From the IMG/VR virus record IMGVR_UViG_3300047669_000035, positions 1 to 49,177 of that record: a DNA stretch of 49,177 bases. The stretch is one strand, 5' to 3'. How positions within the stretch are numbered: position 1 is the first letter of the stretch; the number at the start of each line of letters is the position of its first letter. Below the pieces are notes generated by a model, which was not told where the DNA came from, ran no database searches, and worked only from the letters and a program-made list of their open reading frames with translations. Made by a program: the position numbers and the translations under genes. Positions 18,545 through 29,100 of this stretch are shown here, in pieces. Origin of the DNA: a virus. Its lineage: Duplodnaviria > Caudoviricetes.

Positions 18545-19695
18545 TGAAAAAAAAAATAACTTTTACAGCAGTTCTGCTTTTTATAGGGTTATTAGGGGCT
18601 GCAGACAATGAACCTGAAAACCCTGACTGTACTGCGGGTACTGAGTTTTGTGAACAAAATTCGTTAGACACAACTAACAATACAGTAACCAGTAATACCA
18701 ACGTAAACACCAATACTAATACCAACACGAACACATCTACATCTACGGCTACAAATACAAATAATAATACCAACACATCTACAGCTACAGCTACCAACTC
18801 AAATACCAATGTAAACACCAGCAGCAATGCCAATACCAATGTAAATACATCCAATGCGACCACTACGAGTACAGCTACAAATAATAATGTTGCTTCGGGT
18901 GGAACAGATAATACAAATACAAATGTAAATACCTCAACCTCAAGTAACAACAATACAAATGTAAATACATCCACCAACAACAGCACGGTCAACAGTACCG
19001 TTAATTCAAACAATACGAGTACAACAAATAATAGTAATACCAATAATTCAACTTCTAACAATACCAATAACAACACTAGCACTTCAGACAATACCAATAA
19101 CAATACCAACGTGAATCAATCCACATCTGATTCAAAGGTAGAAACGGATAACACCAACACGAATAACAACAATAGTGTTAGCGACAATACAAATCGTAAT
19201 ATTAACGAAAACAATTCAACGCAAACCATAAAACAAGAAATAACTAGTAAAGCACCCCCTGCTTCTGCGATTGCTCCTAGTATCATGTCTTATTCACAAG
19301 ACTTATGCACCGTGGGTCGGTCAGGTGCATTTCAAGGTCAGGTGTTCGGTTTCTCTACAGGTGGAACAGTCACAGACCAAAATTGCGAAAGGTTAAAGCT
19401 GAGTAAATATATTTACGATATGGGTATGAAAGTTGCAGCAGTATCTATTCTTTGCCAAGACGAAAGAGTATTTCAAGCAATGGAAATGGCGGGTACGCCT
19501 TGTCCTTACATGGGCAAAATAGGTAAAGATGCTACAGAAGGTTGGAAAGTCAACAGAACCGATAGACCCGATTACGATATAAAAAGGAAGCAATTTATAA
19601 AAAAATGTAAAGATACTAGACACGTTGCAGGGAACTTGGGGGGTTTAAGCAAAAGCAAACGGACTTGTAAAAAAGAGTGGAGAAATGCGGGCTAA
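18544..19695 (+). CDS. Exported protein with Asn/Thr-rich repeats and Cys-containing C-terminal domain
   Basis: Signal peptide MKKKITFTAVLLFIGLLGA; about 190 aa of N/T/S/V repeats (NTNVNTS); globular domain beginning PPASAIAP with several Cys. Confidence 0.8.
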   Translation: MKKKITFTAVLLFIGLLGAADNEPENPDCTAGTEFCEQNSLDTTNNTVTSNTNVNTNTNTNTNTSTSTATNTNNNTNTSTATATNSNTNVNTSSNANTNVNTSNATTTSTATNNNVASGGTDNTNTNVNTSTSSNNNTNVNTSTNNSTVNSTVNSNNTSTTNNSNTNNSTSNNTNNNTSTSDNTNNNTNVNQSTSDSKVETDNTNTNNNNSVSDNTNRNINENNSTQTIKQEITSKAPPASAIAPSIMSYSQDLCTVGRSGAFQGQVFGFSTGGTVTDQNCERLKLSKYIYDMGMKVAAVSILCQDERVFQAMEMAGTPCPYMGKIGKDATEGWKVNRTDRPDYDIKRKQFIKKCKDTRHVAGNLGGLSKSKRTCKKEWRNAG

Positions 19696-22060
19696 GAAAC
19701 CAGACCCAAAATATACAGCAGAATGGTTTGTTGTAGTGGGTATGGTAATTCTAGGAATTACAGTCTTATTCGCATCTTTTAATGCCAAAGCCGATTACAT
19801 TTATGAAGCCAACCAATCCTTATACGATTTACAAACTAACTCAGTAGGTTCAACAGGGTTAGGTTCAAATGACGATGCAGTATCTGGAGCATTTAATATA
19901 GGATTTACTTTTGATTTTTATGGTCAGTCTTTTACTCAAGCTAGAATGGCAACTAATGGTTGTCTTCACTTTAAAACAAGTGGTGCTTACTGCAATGACT
20001 TTACCCCCGATCCCTTAACAGGACAGCATACTTATACTTTATACCCCTTTTGGACTGACCTAATAAAAGATAATGGTTCAGGTATGAGAGCTAAAGCCTT
20101 TGATGACCACACTATTTTTGGCTGGTATAACATGAGGGAGTACAATCGGGCAAATTCTGATAACAGCTTTGAAATTTGGTTATACCCTAACGATACTTTT
20201 GAGTTTAGGTATGGCGAACTAGATATTATTAACCATGATGTTCTTATAGGAGAAGTAGGCAGTGGAAGCTCAGAGATTTACCAATATCTGTACCATGATG
20301 AATGCAATACAGGCTCTACAAACTCTAGCAGTTGTGTAAGCACTGACTGGAACAACATAGATAAGAATGCCAACCTAGAAAACGGTGGTTCTTTATACGG
20401 TGTGGGTTCAGGTAACGCCTTAGACTGTAGTAGTGCCCTTAACAATGTGAATTGTGCAGGCTATACTGCTGCGTATCTAACTCAACAATGTAATTTAGAC
20501 AGTCTTTATTCTAATTCTTGTCCTAATTATTCAAGTGCCTATGACGATCAACAATGCACAGATGACCCACAATATTCACCTTCCTGTGCAGGTTATACAC
20601 AAGAATCTTCAGTTGCTTATTACGTTCAAGATGAATTTGATTACGGTTTTTCACAAGAAGATATGTGGTATGACGAAGAGTACAATGAGTGGCTAGACCC
20701 TTATGATCCCTGTTACGAAAATAACTGTGCAGACTTTACCGATGCTGATTGGTACGAACTTGACATAGAACAGTTTGGGCAAGAACAAGTAGATGAATGG
20801 TACGGAAACGAAGTAGAGTTTTCTAATGATGGCTATATCGAATACGGAACTGTGAATGAAGAAGAATATTGGACAGTTATTGATGACGGTATGGATGTAT
20901 ATGATTTAGAACAAGAAACAATATGGGCAGAAGAAGAACTTTATTTAGTTTCTTACGATGAAATTGAATACGATCCCTTGCCTTTTGATACCAGCGAAGA
21001 ACTTATAGAAGATTTTATTCTCCATGAAACTGTATTAATAGAAGACTACGAGGATTTAGACACTTATATAGAATTTGAAAGCGTTGAAGAACTGGATGAA
21101 TGGTACGAAGAAGAACTGGCACAAAATGAAGAAGAAAATTTTGAAGAAGAACCCTTAGCGGAAGAAGGAATTATAGAGGAAGAAGAAGAAATCTTTGAAG
21201 AAGAAGTAGTAGAGGAACTTTTTGAAGAAATAGAAGAAGAAAGATTGGCGGAAGCAGAAGAAGAAATTTTAGAAGAGAGAGAAGAAAGGAGAGGAGGAAT
21301 TACCGCTACTCAATTAAACGTAGTTGCTCAAACAATTAACACAGCTATCAACAGCGTAGCTAATCCAACAAATAACGCAGTTACTACTAGAGGGTGGGGT
21401 AGTTCTTCATCAGGCAGTGGTAATTCAAGTGTTGGTACAACAAGCGGTAATACAACCACAACAGCAGTAGCCAGTGCAGCTTCGGGTGGTGGATTTTCCA
21501 CTAGCAGTTCTCCTAGTATCTCAGACCAAATACAAACCGCCCAAGTACAAACCAACACAGTTTTAAGTTTGAGTCAGGACATAGGTTCAACTAGCGGAAC
21601 GGGTGGCAGTACACAGACGGTAAGTAATGTAACTACAGTAATAACTTCAATGCCAACATTTGATTCAAACCCACAAGTGGTAATGGCAGATGTGCAAGTA
21701 ACCGATATGCAAGGTGAAATTGATACTGCTGTCGGAGGTGTAATGACCGCATCAGAAGCCGACCAAATAGCCGACCAGATAGTTGCTGATAATATTAAAG
21801 AACAACAAGAAGCAGGACAATCAACACAAGAAGAAACAGGAGAATACGGAGATCAGTCTACTTTAGTAGCTTTTATGGGTTATGTTGCAGGGTTTGATGC
21901 TTACAGGGAAGTACAGATTCCACAACAGGAGACTTGGTACGAGCCAAAAGCAATCTATTCAGATGTTACAATTTCAGATAACATAGAAGCGTTTTATGGA
22001 TTAGCAAGAACGAATATTAATACGATGCAAAGTTTAATTAATCAACAACCTAATTTATAG
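19685..22060 (+). CDS. Exported protein: NIDO-like domain, Cys-rich repeats, hyper-acidic and S/T/G-rich regions
   Basis: Hydrophobic leader ending AKA; NDDAVS..IGFTFDFYG..TNG..YPFWTDL..FEFRYG pattern; C..D..YS.SC..Y repeats; poly-Glu region. Confidence 0.75.
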   Translation: MRAKKPDPKYTAEWFVVVGMVILGITVLFASFNAKADYIYEANQSLYDLQTNSVGSTGLGSNDDAVSGAFNIGFTFDFYGQSFTQARMATNGCLHFKTSGAYCNDFTPDPLTGQHTYTLYPFWTDLIKDNGSGMRAKAFDDHTIFGWYNMREYNRANSDNSFEIWLYPNDTFEFRYGELDIINHDVLIGEVGSGSSEIYQYLYHDECNTGSTNSSSCVSTDWNNIDKNANLENGGSLYGVGSGNALDCSSALNNVNCAGYTAAYLTQQCNLDSLYSNSCPNYSSAYDDQQCTDDPQYSPSCAGYTQESSVAYYVQDEFDYGFSQEDMWYDEEYNEWLDPYDPCYENNCADFTDADWYELDIEQFGQEQVDEWYGNEVEFSNDGYIEYGTVNEEEYWTVIDDGMDVYDLEQETIWAEEELYLVSYDEIEYDPLPFDTSEELIEDFILHETVLIEDYEDLDTYIEFESVEELDEWYEEELAQNEEENFEEEPLAEEGIIEEEEEIFEEEVVEELFEEIEEERLAEAEEEILEEREERRGGITATQLNVVAQTINTAINSVANPTNNAVTTRGWGSSSSGSGNSSVGTTSGNTTTTAVASAASGGGFSTSSSPSISDQIQTAQVQTNTVLSLSQDIGSTSGTGGSTQTVSNVTTVITSMPTFDSNPQVVMADVQVTDMQGEIDTAVGGVMTASEADQIADQIVADNIKEQQEAGQSTQEETGEYGDQSTLVAFMGYVAGFDAYREVQIPQQETWYEPKAIYSDVTISDNIEAFYGLARTNINTMQSLINQQPNL

Positions 22061-22069
22061 GAGAACAAT

Positions 22070-22429
22070 ATGGAATGGTTTAAATCAAAAGCAGGGCAAT
22101 TAATCGCTTTAGCAACCATTGTAAGCACCTTAGCGGGATTTGGTTATGCAGGAGCAGGGTATGTTAATAGACTAGAGAACTTAGAAAAGAAAATAGGCGG
22201 TCTAGGCGAAACGGAAGATGCACAACAAGTCATAGAACAAAGGTTTGCGACTATTGAAACCGCAGTAGAGTATTTAGAAAAAGAAATTGATGGTATAGAG
22301 ATTCCTGATAACAACGATAAACTTTCTAATATGAAAGCATCACTAGCTGGTTTAACTAACGATGTAGAAAGAATACTTATTGATATTGAAAAACTAGAAG
22401 AAGGAAATAAAAATCCTTTAGCAAATTAA
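22070..22429 (+). CDS. Membrane-anchored coiled-coil protein
   Basis: N-terminal TM, heptad repeats, C-terminal NPLAN; AGGAG SD. Confidence 0.75.
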   Translation: MEWFKSKAGQLIALATIVSTLAGFGYAGAGYVNRLENLEKKIGGLGETEDAQQVIEQRFATIETAVEYLEKEIDGIEIPDNNDKLSNMKASLAGLTNDVERILIDIEKLEEGNKNPLAN

Positions 22430-22446
22430 TCTTTACAAGTTTATAC

Positions 22447-22677
22447 ATGGGCATAAAATTAAAAATAGTTTTAAATTGGTTATTAAATTTACTTAGAACT
22501 AGATATAAAGTTACAGTTTCTTTTAATAAAGAATATGGTGATTCTGATGATAAAACTTATGTATCAAAAAAAATTATTACAAAAAAAGAAAAACATCTTA
22601 AATTTAAAGATGAAAATAATAATTTGATTGAGTATAGAAGTGCTTCAGGTCTTAATTATATTATAGAGGATATGTAA
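22447..22677 (+). CDS. Hypothetical protein
   Basis: 76 aa, coupled to the spanin gene. Confidence 0.6.
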   Translation: MGIKLKIVLNWLLNLLRTRYKVTVSFNKEYGDSDDKTYVSKKIITKKEKHLKFKDENNNLIEYRSASGLNYIIEDM

Positions 22678-23072
22678 TGAACCAAGCATTAATAGCAATT
22701 ATATTAACTTTAGGGTTTATAACTTTTTATTTATACACTCAAAACCAAATATTAAGTGCTAATAATTTAATATTAGAAGGAGCTATAGCCACACAAGAAG
22801 AAGCTATAAAAGGTTTGCAAGAAGATTTTGAATTACAAACTACACAGTTAAATGAATTAAATTTAAAAAGTCAGGCAGCACAAAAAGAGTTAAATAGATA
22901 TACACAATTTATACAGAACTATGAATTAGCTTCTAAAATACTAGCTAATCCAATAGAAATGCAGAGGAAAATAAATAATGGAACTAAACACATTATGGAA
23001 GACATTGAAAAGATTAGTGCTACAGTTGATAGTCTTGATGATGGTTTGCAGTTGCAGTCTTCTTCCAACTAA
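22677..23072 (+). CDS. Inner-membrane spanin (Rz-like)
   Basis: N-terminal TM plus coiled coil; overlapped by a lipoprotein gene; adjacent to the endolysin. Confidence 0.75.
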   Translation: MNQALIAIILTLGFITFYLYTQNQILSANNLILEGAIATQEEAIKGLQEDFELQTTQLNELNLKSQAAQKELNRYTQFIQNYELASKILANPIEMQRKINNGTKHIMEDIEKISATVDSLDDGLQLQSSSN

Positions 23073-23358
23073 ACAAATAGAAATATCTGCAAAACCTTTA
23101 GAGCGTAATATAGCTCATCCCGTTATGCCCAGAGAAATAGATTTGCACGAGCCTATGTGGTTGACTATAACTCCTGAAAATTTAGAAGAACAACTTGCTA
23201 AAATAGAACAACAAGAAGGAGAGTTAGTATTTTTAGCTATGACAATACCTGACTATGAAGTTATGGCATACAATATGCAAGAACTTAAAAGATACATAAC
23301 GGAGTTAAAAGAAGTTGTTGTTTATTATAAAACAGTAACAACACCTAAAATAAAATAA
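22978..23358 (+). CDS. Outer-membrane spanin lipoprotein (Rz1-like)
   Basis: Hydrophobic leader with lipobox-like VCSC; Pro-rich mature part; overlaps the Rz 3' end; true start may be a few codons later. Confidence 0.7.
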   Translation: MELNTLWKTLKRLVLQLIVLMMVCSCSLLPTKQIEISAKPLERNIAHPVMPREIDLHEPMWLTITPENLEEQLAKIEQQEGELVFLAMTIPDYEVMAYNMQELKRYITELKEVVVYYKTVTTPKIK

Positions 23359-23368
23359 AGGGAATAAT

Positions 23369-23812
23369 ATGAATATATCACAAGAAGGAATTTCACTAAT
23401 AAAAAAATTTGAAGGCTGTGAATTAAAAGCTTATCGGTGTCCAGCAAATGTTTTAACCATTGGGTATGGAATTACTAAAAACATAACTGAAGACATGGAA
23501 ATAACTCAAGAAGAAGCTGACGAAATGTTAAATGAAGAAATAACTGAATACGAAGAATATATTAATAACATGGTTAAAGTACCTTTAGAACAAAATCAGT
23601 TTGATTCTTTATGTGCTTGGGTATTCAATCTTGGACCAACAAATTTAGAAAAATCTACACTACTAAAACTTCTCAATGCAGGTGATTATCATCTTATACC
23701 TAGTCAAATAAGAAGATGGAATAAAGCAGGCGGAGAAACTTTAACAGGTCTAATAAGAAGAAGAGAGGCAGAATCTCTTATGTTTGAAGGAAAAGAATGG
23801 ATTGAGGTCTAA
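23369..23812 (+). CDS. Endolysin, GH24 phage lysozyme
   Basis: E-x8-C-x5-T triad (FEGCELKAYRCPANVLTIGYG), FNLG, GLIRRREAE. Confidence 0.93.
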   Translation: MNISQEGISLIKKFEGCELKAYRCPANVLTIGYGITKNITEDMEITQEEADEMLNEEITEYEEYINNMVKVPLEQNQFDSLCAWVFNLGPTNLEKSTLLKLLNAGDYHLIPSQIRRWNKAGGETLTGLIRRREAESLMFEGKEWIEV

Positions 23813-23813
23813 A

Positions 23814-25661
23814 ATGCCCTTAGCTAAATATGTTTTCAAACCAGGAATAAATAAAGAAGGTACTAACTACTCTAATGAAGGTGGTTGGTTTGATGCTGAT
23901 AAAGTAAGATTTCGTAAAGGTAAACCTGAAAGAATAGGTGGTTGGAATAAATTTTCAGTTGAAACATTTATAGGAACGTGCAGAAAATTATTTACTTATA
24001 AAACATCAGGAGGCGAAACCTACGTTATTTTAGGAACTCATCAAAAACTTTACAATTTAAGTGGTAATGTTTATTACGATATAACGCCTATAAGAGCAAC
24101 AACAACTAATGGTATTGTTTTTGCAGCTACTAATGGTTCAACAACTATTACAGCTACTGATGATGATCATGGTTGCGTAGAAGGAGATTTTGTAACAATA
24201 AGTAGTGCAGTATCTTTAGGAGGTGTAGTAACTGCTACTGTTCTTAATGCAGAACATCAAATTATAGAAGTTCCTAGCGTTGATACTTTTACTTTTACAG
24301 TTTCTGACGCTGCTAATAGTAATGATAGTGGTAATGGCGGTTCAGCAACAGATGCTGCTTATCAATTAAATACAGGATTAGATGTATATGTAAGATCAAC
24401 TGGTTGGGGTGCAAATACTTGGGGTTCTGGAACTTTTGGTTCATCAACTGATTTGTCTGCTAATAATCAATTAAGATTGTGGTCTTTAGATAATTTTGGT
24501 GATGATACTATTGTAAATCCAAGATTTGGCAGTCTTTATTTTTGGGATAAGTCTGATGGTTTAACAACACGAGCTGTAGCTTTATCATCTGAAAGTGGTG
24601 CAAGTGATGTTCCAACATCTTGTTTACAAGTTATGACATCTGATGTTGATAAACACGTTATAGCTTTTGGAGCTAATCCTATAGGTTCTTCAAGTATTGA
24701 CCCTTTATTAGTAAGATTTTCAGATAGAGAAAGTGCAGTTGATTGGACTCCTACTGCTACAAATCAAGCAGGTGGTGTTCAGCTATCACAAGGCTCAACT
24801 ATAGTAGGTGCATTAAGAACTAGGCAAGAAATACTTATTTGGACAGATATAGGAATGGTTTCTATGCGTTTTGTTGGCGAACCTTTTATATTTTCTTTTA
24901 CGGAAGTAGCTGAAGGCATGTCTTTAATAGGTCCTAACGCTGCTGTAACTGCAAATAATAGAGTTTATTTTATGGATCGTAATGGGTTTTATGTATATTC
25001 AGGAAGTGTACAAAGATTGCCATGTACTGTTTTAGATTATGTTTTATCTGATTTGAATCAAGATCAAGCATACAAAGCATTTGGCGGAGCTAATGAAAGT
25101 GTAAATGAAGTTATGTGGTTTTATCCTTCAGGATCAAGTATAGAAATTGATAAATACGTTTTGTATAATTATTTAGAAGGCACTTGGTCTATAGGTACAA
25201 CTTCTGATAATTTTGTAAGAACAGCTTGGGATGAAGCATCTATTTATGAAAATCCTATAGCAGCTAGTAAAAATGATAATTCAAACTTAAATTACGCATA
25301 CAGCCATGAAATAGGTCATGGAGATGGAAATGATTCATTTTCTTGTTATATAGAGTCTAGTGATTTTGATTTAGCACCTGACGGAGAAAGATATACTTTT
25401 ATATCTAAATTAATACCAGACGTAGAATTTAGAGATCAACAATCAACTAGTGATACAGTTACATTTACTATTAAAGGTAGAGATTATCCATTACAAGACT
25501 TATCTACTTTACAAACAATTAATGTAACACCTAATTCTACGTTTGAAAATACACGAGCCAGAAGTAGACAAGCAGCTTTAAGAATATCTAATTCATCTAG
25601 TGATTACGGATGGAGATTGGGTGATTTAAGGTTAGAAATAAGACCAGATGGTAAAAGATAA
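23814..25661 (+). CDS. Tail nozzle / P22 gp10-like stabilisation protein
   Basis: About 615-aa beta-propeller-like protein (VRFSD..W, YFMD..GFYVY, VLYNYLEGTW) upstream of the ejection genes; ATG at 23814. Confidence 0.75.
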   Translation: MPLAKYVFKPGINKEGTNYSNEGGWFDADKVRFRKGKPERIGGWNKFSVETFIGTCRKLFTYKTSGGETYVILGTHQKLYNLSGNVYYDITPIRATTTNGIVFAATNGSTTITATDDDHGCVEGDFVTISSAVSLGGVVTATVLNAEHQIIEVPSVDTFTFTVSDAANSNDSGNGGSATDAAYQLNTGLDVYVRSTGWGANTWGSGTFGSSTDLSANNQLRLWSLDNFGDDTIVNPRFGSLYFWDKSDGLTTRAVALSSESGASDVPTSCLQVMTSDVDKHVIAFGANPIGSSSIDPLLVRFSDRESAVDWTPTATNQAGGVQLSQGSTIVGALRTRQEILIWTDIGMVSMRFVGEPFIFSFTEVAEGMSLIGPNAAVTANNRVYFMDRNGFYVYSGSVQRLPCTVLDYVLSDLNQDQAYKAFGGANESVNEVMWFYPSGSSIEIDKYVLYNYLEGTWSIGTTSDNFVRTAWDEASIYENPIAASKNDNSNLNYAYSHEIGHGDGNDSFSCYIESSDFDLAPDGERYTFISKLIPDVEFRDQQSTSDTVTFTIKGRDYPLQDLSTLQTINVTPNSTFENTRARSRQAALRISNSSSDYGWRLGDLRLEIRPDGKR

Positions 25662-25864
25662 TGGCTGATATCAAAACGATTGCATTACCTTTAGCTGATA
25701 TAGAATATGATTCTAACAATGAAGCATTAACTAGAAGAACTATAGAACAAGCAATAGAAAATATAAATGTTAAGATTACTACTATACAAAGAATGCAATC
25801 TACAATTACTAGCAAAGCTTCTAAACGACATCAATTTTTATTAATGGGTATGAAACATGTCTGA
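25661..25864 (+). CDS. Small tail-associated coiled-coil protein
   Basis: 67 aa, coupled after the nozzle gene. Confidence 0.6.
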   Translation: MADIKTIALPLADIEYDSNNEALTRRTIEQAIENINVKITTIQRMQSTITSKASKRHQFLLMGMKHV

Positions 25865-26195
25865 TAATTTAAAAGTATTAGGTCAAGTAGACCCAGCAGC
25901 AACAACAGTTACTGTGCTTTATACAGTGCCAGATATGACACAAACAACTGTTAGTTCTATTGTGGCAGCAAATCGCACAGGTTCTGCTATCACTTTTAGA
26001 CTAAGTGTTCATGTGGCTGGTGCTGGTGCTGACGATAAACAATATTTATATTATGGCAAATCAGTTGCAGCTAATGATTCCCTAGCAATAGTTTTAGGTA
26101 TAACATTAAATCAAACAGATGTTGTTAAAGTTTATACAAGTGCAGTAAACATGAGTTTTAATATGTTTGGCTGTGAAACTAAAGAGGAAAGATAA
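25857..26195 (+). CDS. Small beta-rich structural protein
   Basis: LYTVP..TVSSIVAAN pattern. Confidence 0.6.
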   Translation: MSDNLKVLGQVDPAATTVTVLYTVPDMTQTTVSSIVAANRTGSAITFRLSVHVAGAGADDKQYLYYGKSVAANDSLAIVLGITLNQTDVVKVYTSAVNMSFNMFGCETKEER

Positions 26196-29100
26196 TGAAA
26201 TATAAAATCAAATCAGGAGATACATTAAGTCAGATAGCATTAAATAATAATACTACTGTGGCTGCTATTGCTAAAGCAAATAATATAAAAAATGTAGATT
26301 TTATAAGAACTGGAAATACTATTGAAATTCCTAGTGCTAAAAAAGAAAAGAAAAAATCTTCTTTTATAGAAAGAGTAGATCAATCTGACCCATTTTTTAT
26401 ACAACAAAAAGATGGTAGTTTTGTAAGCACAGCACCTAAACCTAAACCTAAACCGACACCTACGCCAACACCTACGCCTACGCCTACGCCTACGCCAACA
26501 CCTACGCCAACACCTACGCCTACGCCAACACCTACGCCTACGCCAACACCTACGCCTACGCCAACACCTAAAAAAGAAGAAAGCAATGAATTTTATACTG
26601 GTAAATTACCTTTAGCAGTAAGACAGTTAGCAGATGATACTAAATATGATATTTTTAGAAATTTTTTACCTAAAAAAACAGCAGATAAATTAAGTAAAAA
26701 ATTATTTGGTGAAGAAGAAAATATTTCAAAAAAAGATTTTAGCAAAGAAGAATTTGAAGTTTTAAGAAATATTATAAGACAAAATATATTACAAAATAAA
26801 TTTTCAGTTGATTATGATGATTATAGAAATTTTGGAGCAAAAGGTACTTCAACAATAAAAGATAATCCTTTTGAACTTTTAAATAATCCTTCTCGTTCTT
26901 TACAATATACTTTTGGACAAGGAAATATTAATGTTGATGATAAAGGAGATGTATATTTTACAGATCAATTTAATTTTAATGACGCTAAAATGGCAGAAAA
27001 TCCACAACAATATTATGGTAATGCTTGGGATGATGAAGGATTTTTACAAATGGATTATAGTTCTGGATTAAAAGGATTATTGAGTAATCAATTTAAAAAA
27101 ATAAGAAATTATAAAACAAGAGTAGGTAGAGGCGAAGGTGAAGGAGCTTTAACTAATTTATTCATTGGCAATATTAAAGATTTTCAAAATCCTATTAATG
27201 AATCTTATGCTACAAGAAAATCAGGTGGAGTAACAAATTTTAATCAAGGTGGACAAATGAATATAAATGATCAAGTACAAAATATAGCTTCTAAAGGTCG
27301 CTATGGCGATACCATGCTTATGCACGTTAATCCACAAGAAGTGCGAGGATTGGCACAAGCAATGCCTTTAACAGTCAATCCTGAAACAGGACAACCAGAA
27401 GCATTCTTACCTTTTCTAGCACCTTTATTAGGAAGTTGGTTAGGTAGCAGTCTTTTAACAGGTGCAGGAGCAGCAGCTACTGTTGGTGGTGCAGGAGCTT
27501 TGGGAGGATTAATAGGGACAAGTGGTTTAACTGCTGCTGCTGCTAGTGGTATAGGTGCAGGTTTAGCACAAACAGCAGTAACAGGAGATATTAAAGAAGG
27601 ATTAAAAGCAGGATTAACAGCAGGTATGATGGGTAGAATTATGGAAGGTGCTGGTGCGGCACAAGCTGGAGCAGATGCTTCACAACTTGCAACAGAAGCT
27701 ACAACTGGAATTGATACAGCAAAACTTTTACAAACCCCTGAATTTGTTGCAGAAGGAACAGGAGCAAAAGCTATTCTTCCTTTACAACCAGGAACAACTG
27801 CTCCTCCTGCTGCTTTAAATACAGCAGGTCAAGTACAATTAGCAAATATGGCTCCAAATAATGCTGCTTACATTGCACAAAAAGGAGCTAAAGATGCTGC
27901 TGATTTTGCACTTAATCCTTTAACAGGAAAACCTGTTTCGTTTATGGATAGTGGTCGTGCTGCTTTTTCACAAGGACCAATGCAAGGGTTTTCTAATATA
28001 GGTACAGCAGCCATGAGTGATCCGCTAGCATTAGGTACATTAGGAACTACTGGAATGATGTATGGTTCAGATATGATGCAAGCACAACAAGCTGAAGCAT
28101 ATGAACAATATTTAGCTGAAAGAGAAGAAGAAGAAAGACAAAATGAGTTAATGAATCCTGAACCTATTCTTTATTCTGCTAATGGTGGTTTGACACAATT
28201 TGATAACAATATAAATGAAATGTATGGACCTATGCAGCCAATGGCAAATGGAGGACAAACAAAATTCTTTCCTGGAGGTATGTCTTTTGCAGATGTTGGA
28301 CCAGATGATATTACTGGTGGTGAATTGCCACAAATATTTGCACCAGAAAGAACACCTTATGCTGTAAACCCTGACTTTATGCCAGGATTTTCACCTGAAA
28401 CTATGTACTTTAATCCTGCAACAGTATCAGCTCCAGCTTCAAGGTTAGGAGCAAATGCAGTACCTACTGTAGAAGACACTTATACAGGCAGTAAAGGAGG
28501 GTATGGAGGAACACAAGTGTCTATAGCACCACAAACAAGCATTAATCCATTTGAAGCTTACACAGGAGTAGCCCCTGAAGGTTTAGTGTATAGTCAACCA
28601 GCACCGCTTCCTATTACACCAGAGCCTCCGTTGACAACACCAGTTGTAGTAGAACCTGACCCTATTGTTACAGAACCTGAAGGTGAGTTTGATATTTCTA
28701 ATATTAATATTCCTAATATTGGAAATATTAATATTCCTAGTTTTGGTGGCATGTCAGTATTAGATCAAATCAATTTATATGGACTAAATAATGACACACC
28801 TAATCTAGACTTATTATCTAATAGTAATTTTTTACCTAATTTAGATTTATTACCTGATAATAATTTAGATATTGGTGGTAGTAATTTTGTACCTAATCTA
28901 AATTTTTTACCTGATAATAATTTTTTACCTGATAATAATTTAGGGTTTGCAGATTTTAAACCACAAGACTTTAATGTATCTATGAGTAGAGCTGAAGGTG
29001 GACCAACTAATATTGAAGAAATGCAAAATGATCCATTAACTAAAGAAGTTGCTTTGTATTTATTAGGTCAGTCTAATGATGAAAAATCTTTAAATTTATT

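Noticed and set aside
18525-19109. 194-aa V/L-rich minus-strand ORF that looks like a membrane protein
   Set aside because: Antisense shadow of the Asn/Thr repeat, whose codons give no stops on the reverse strand
26380-26586. (GV)n minus-strand ORF
   Set aside because: Mirror of the Pro-Thr repeat
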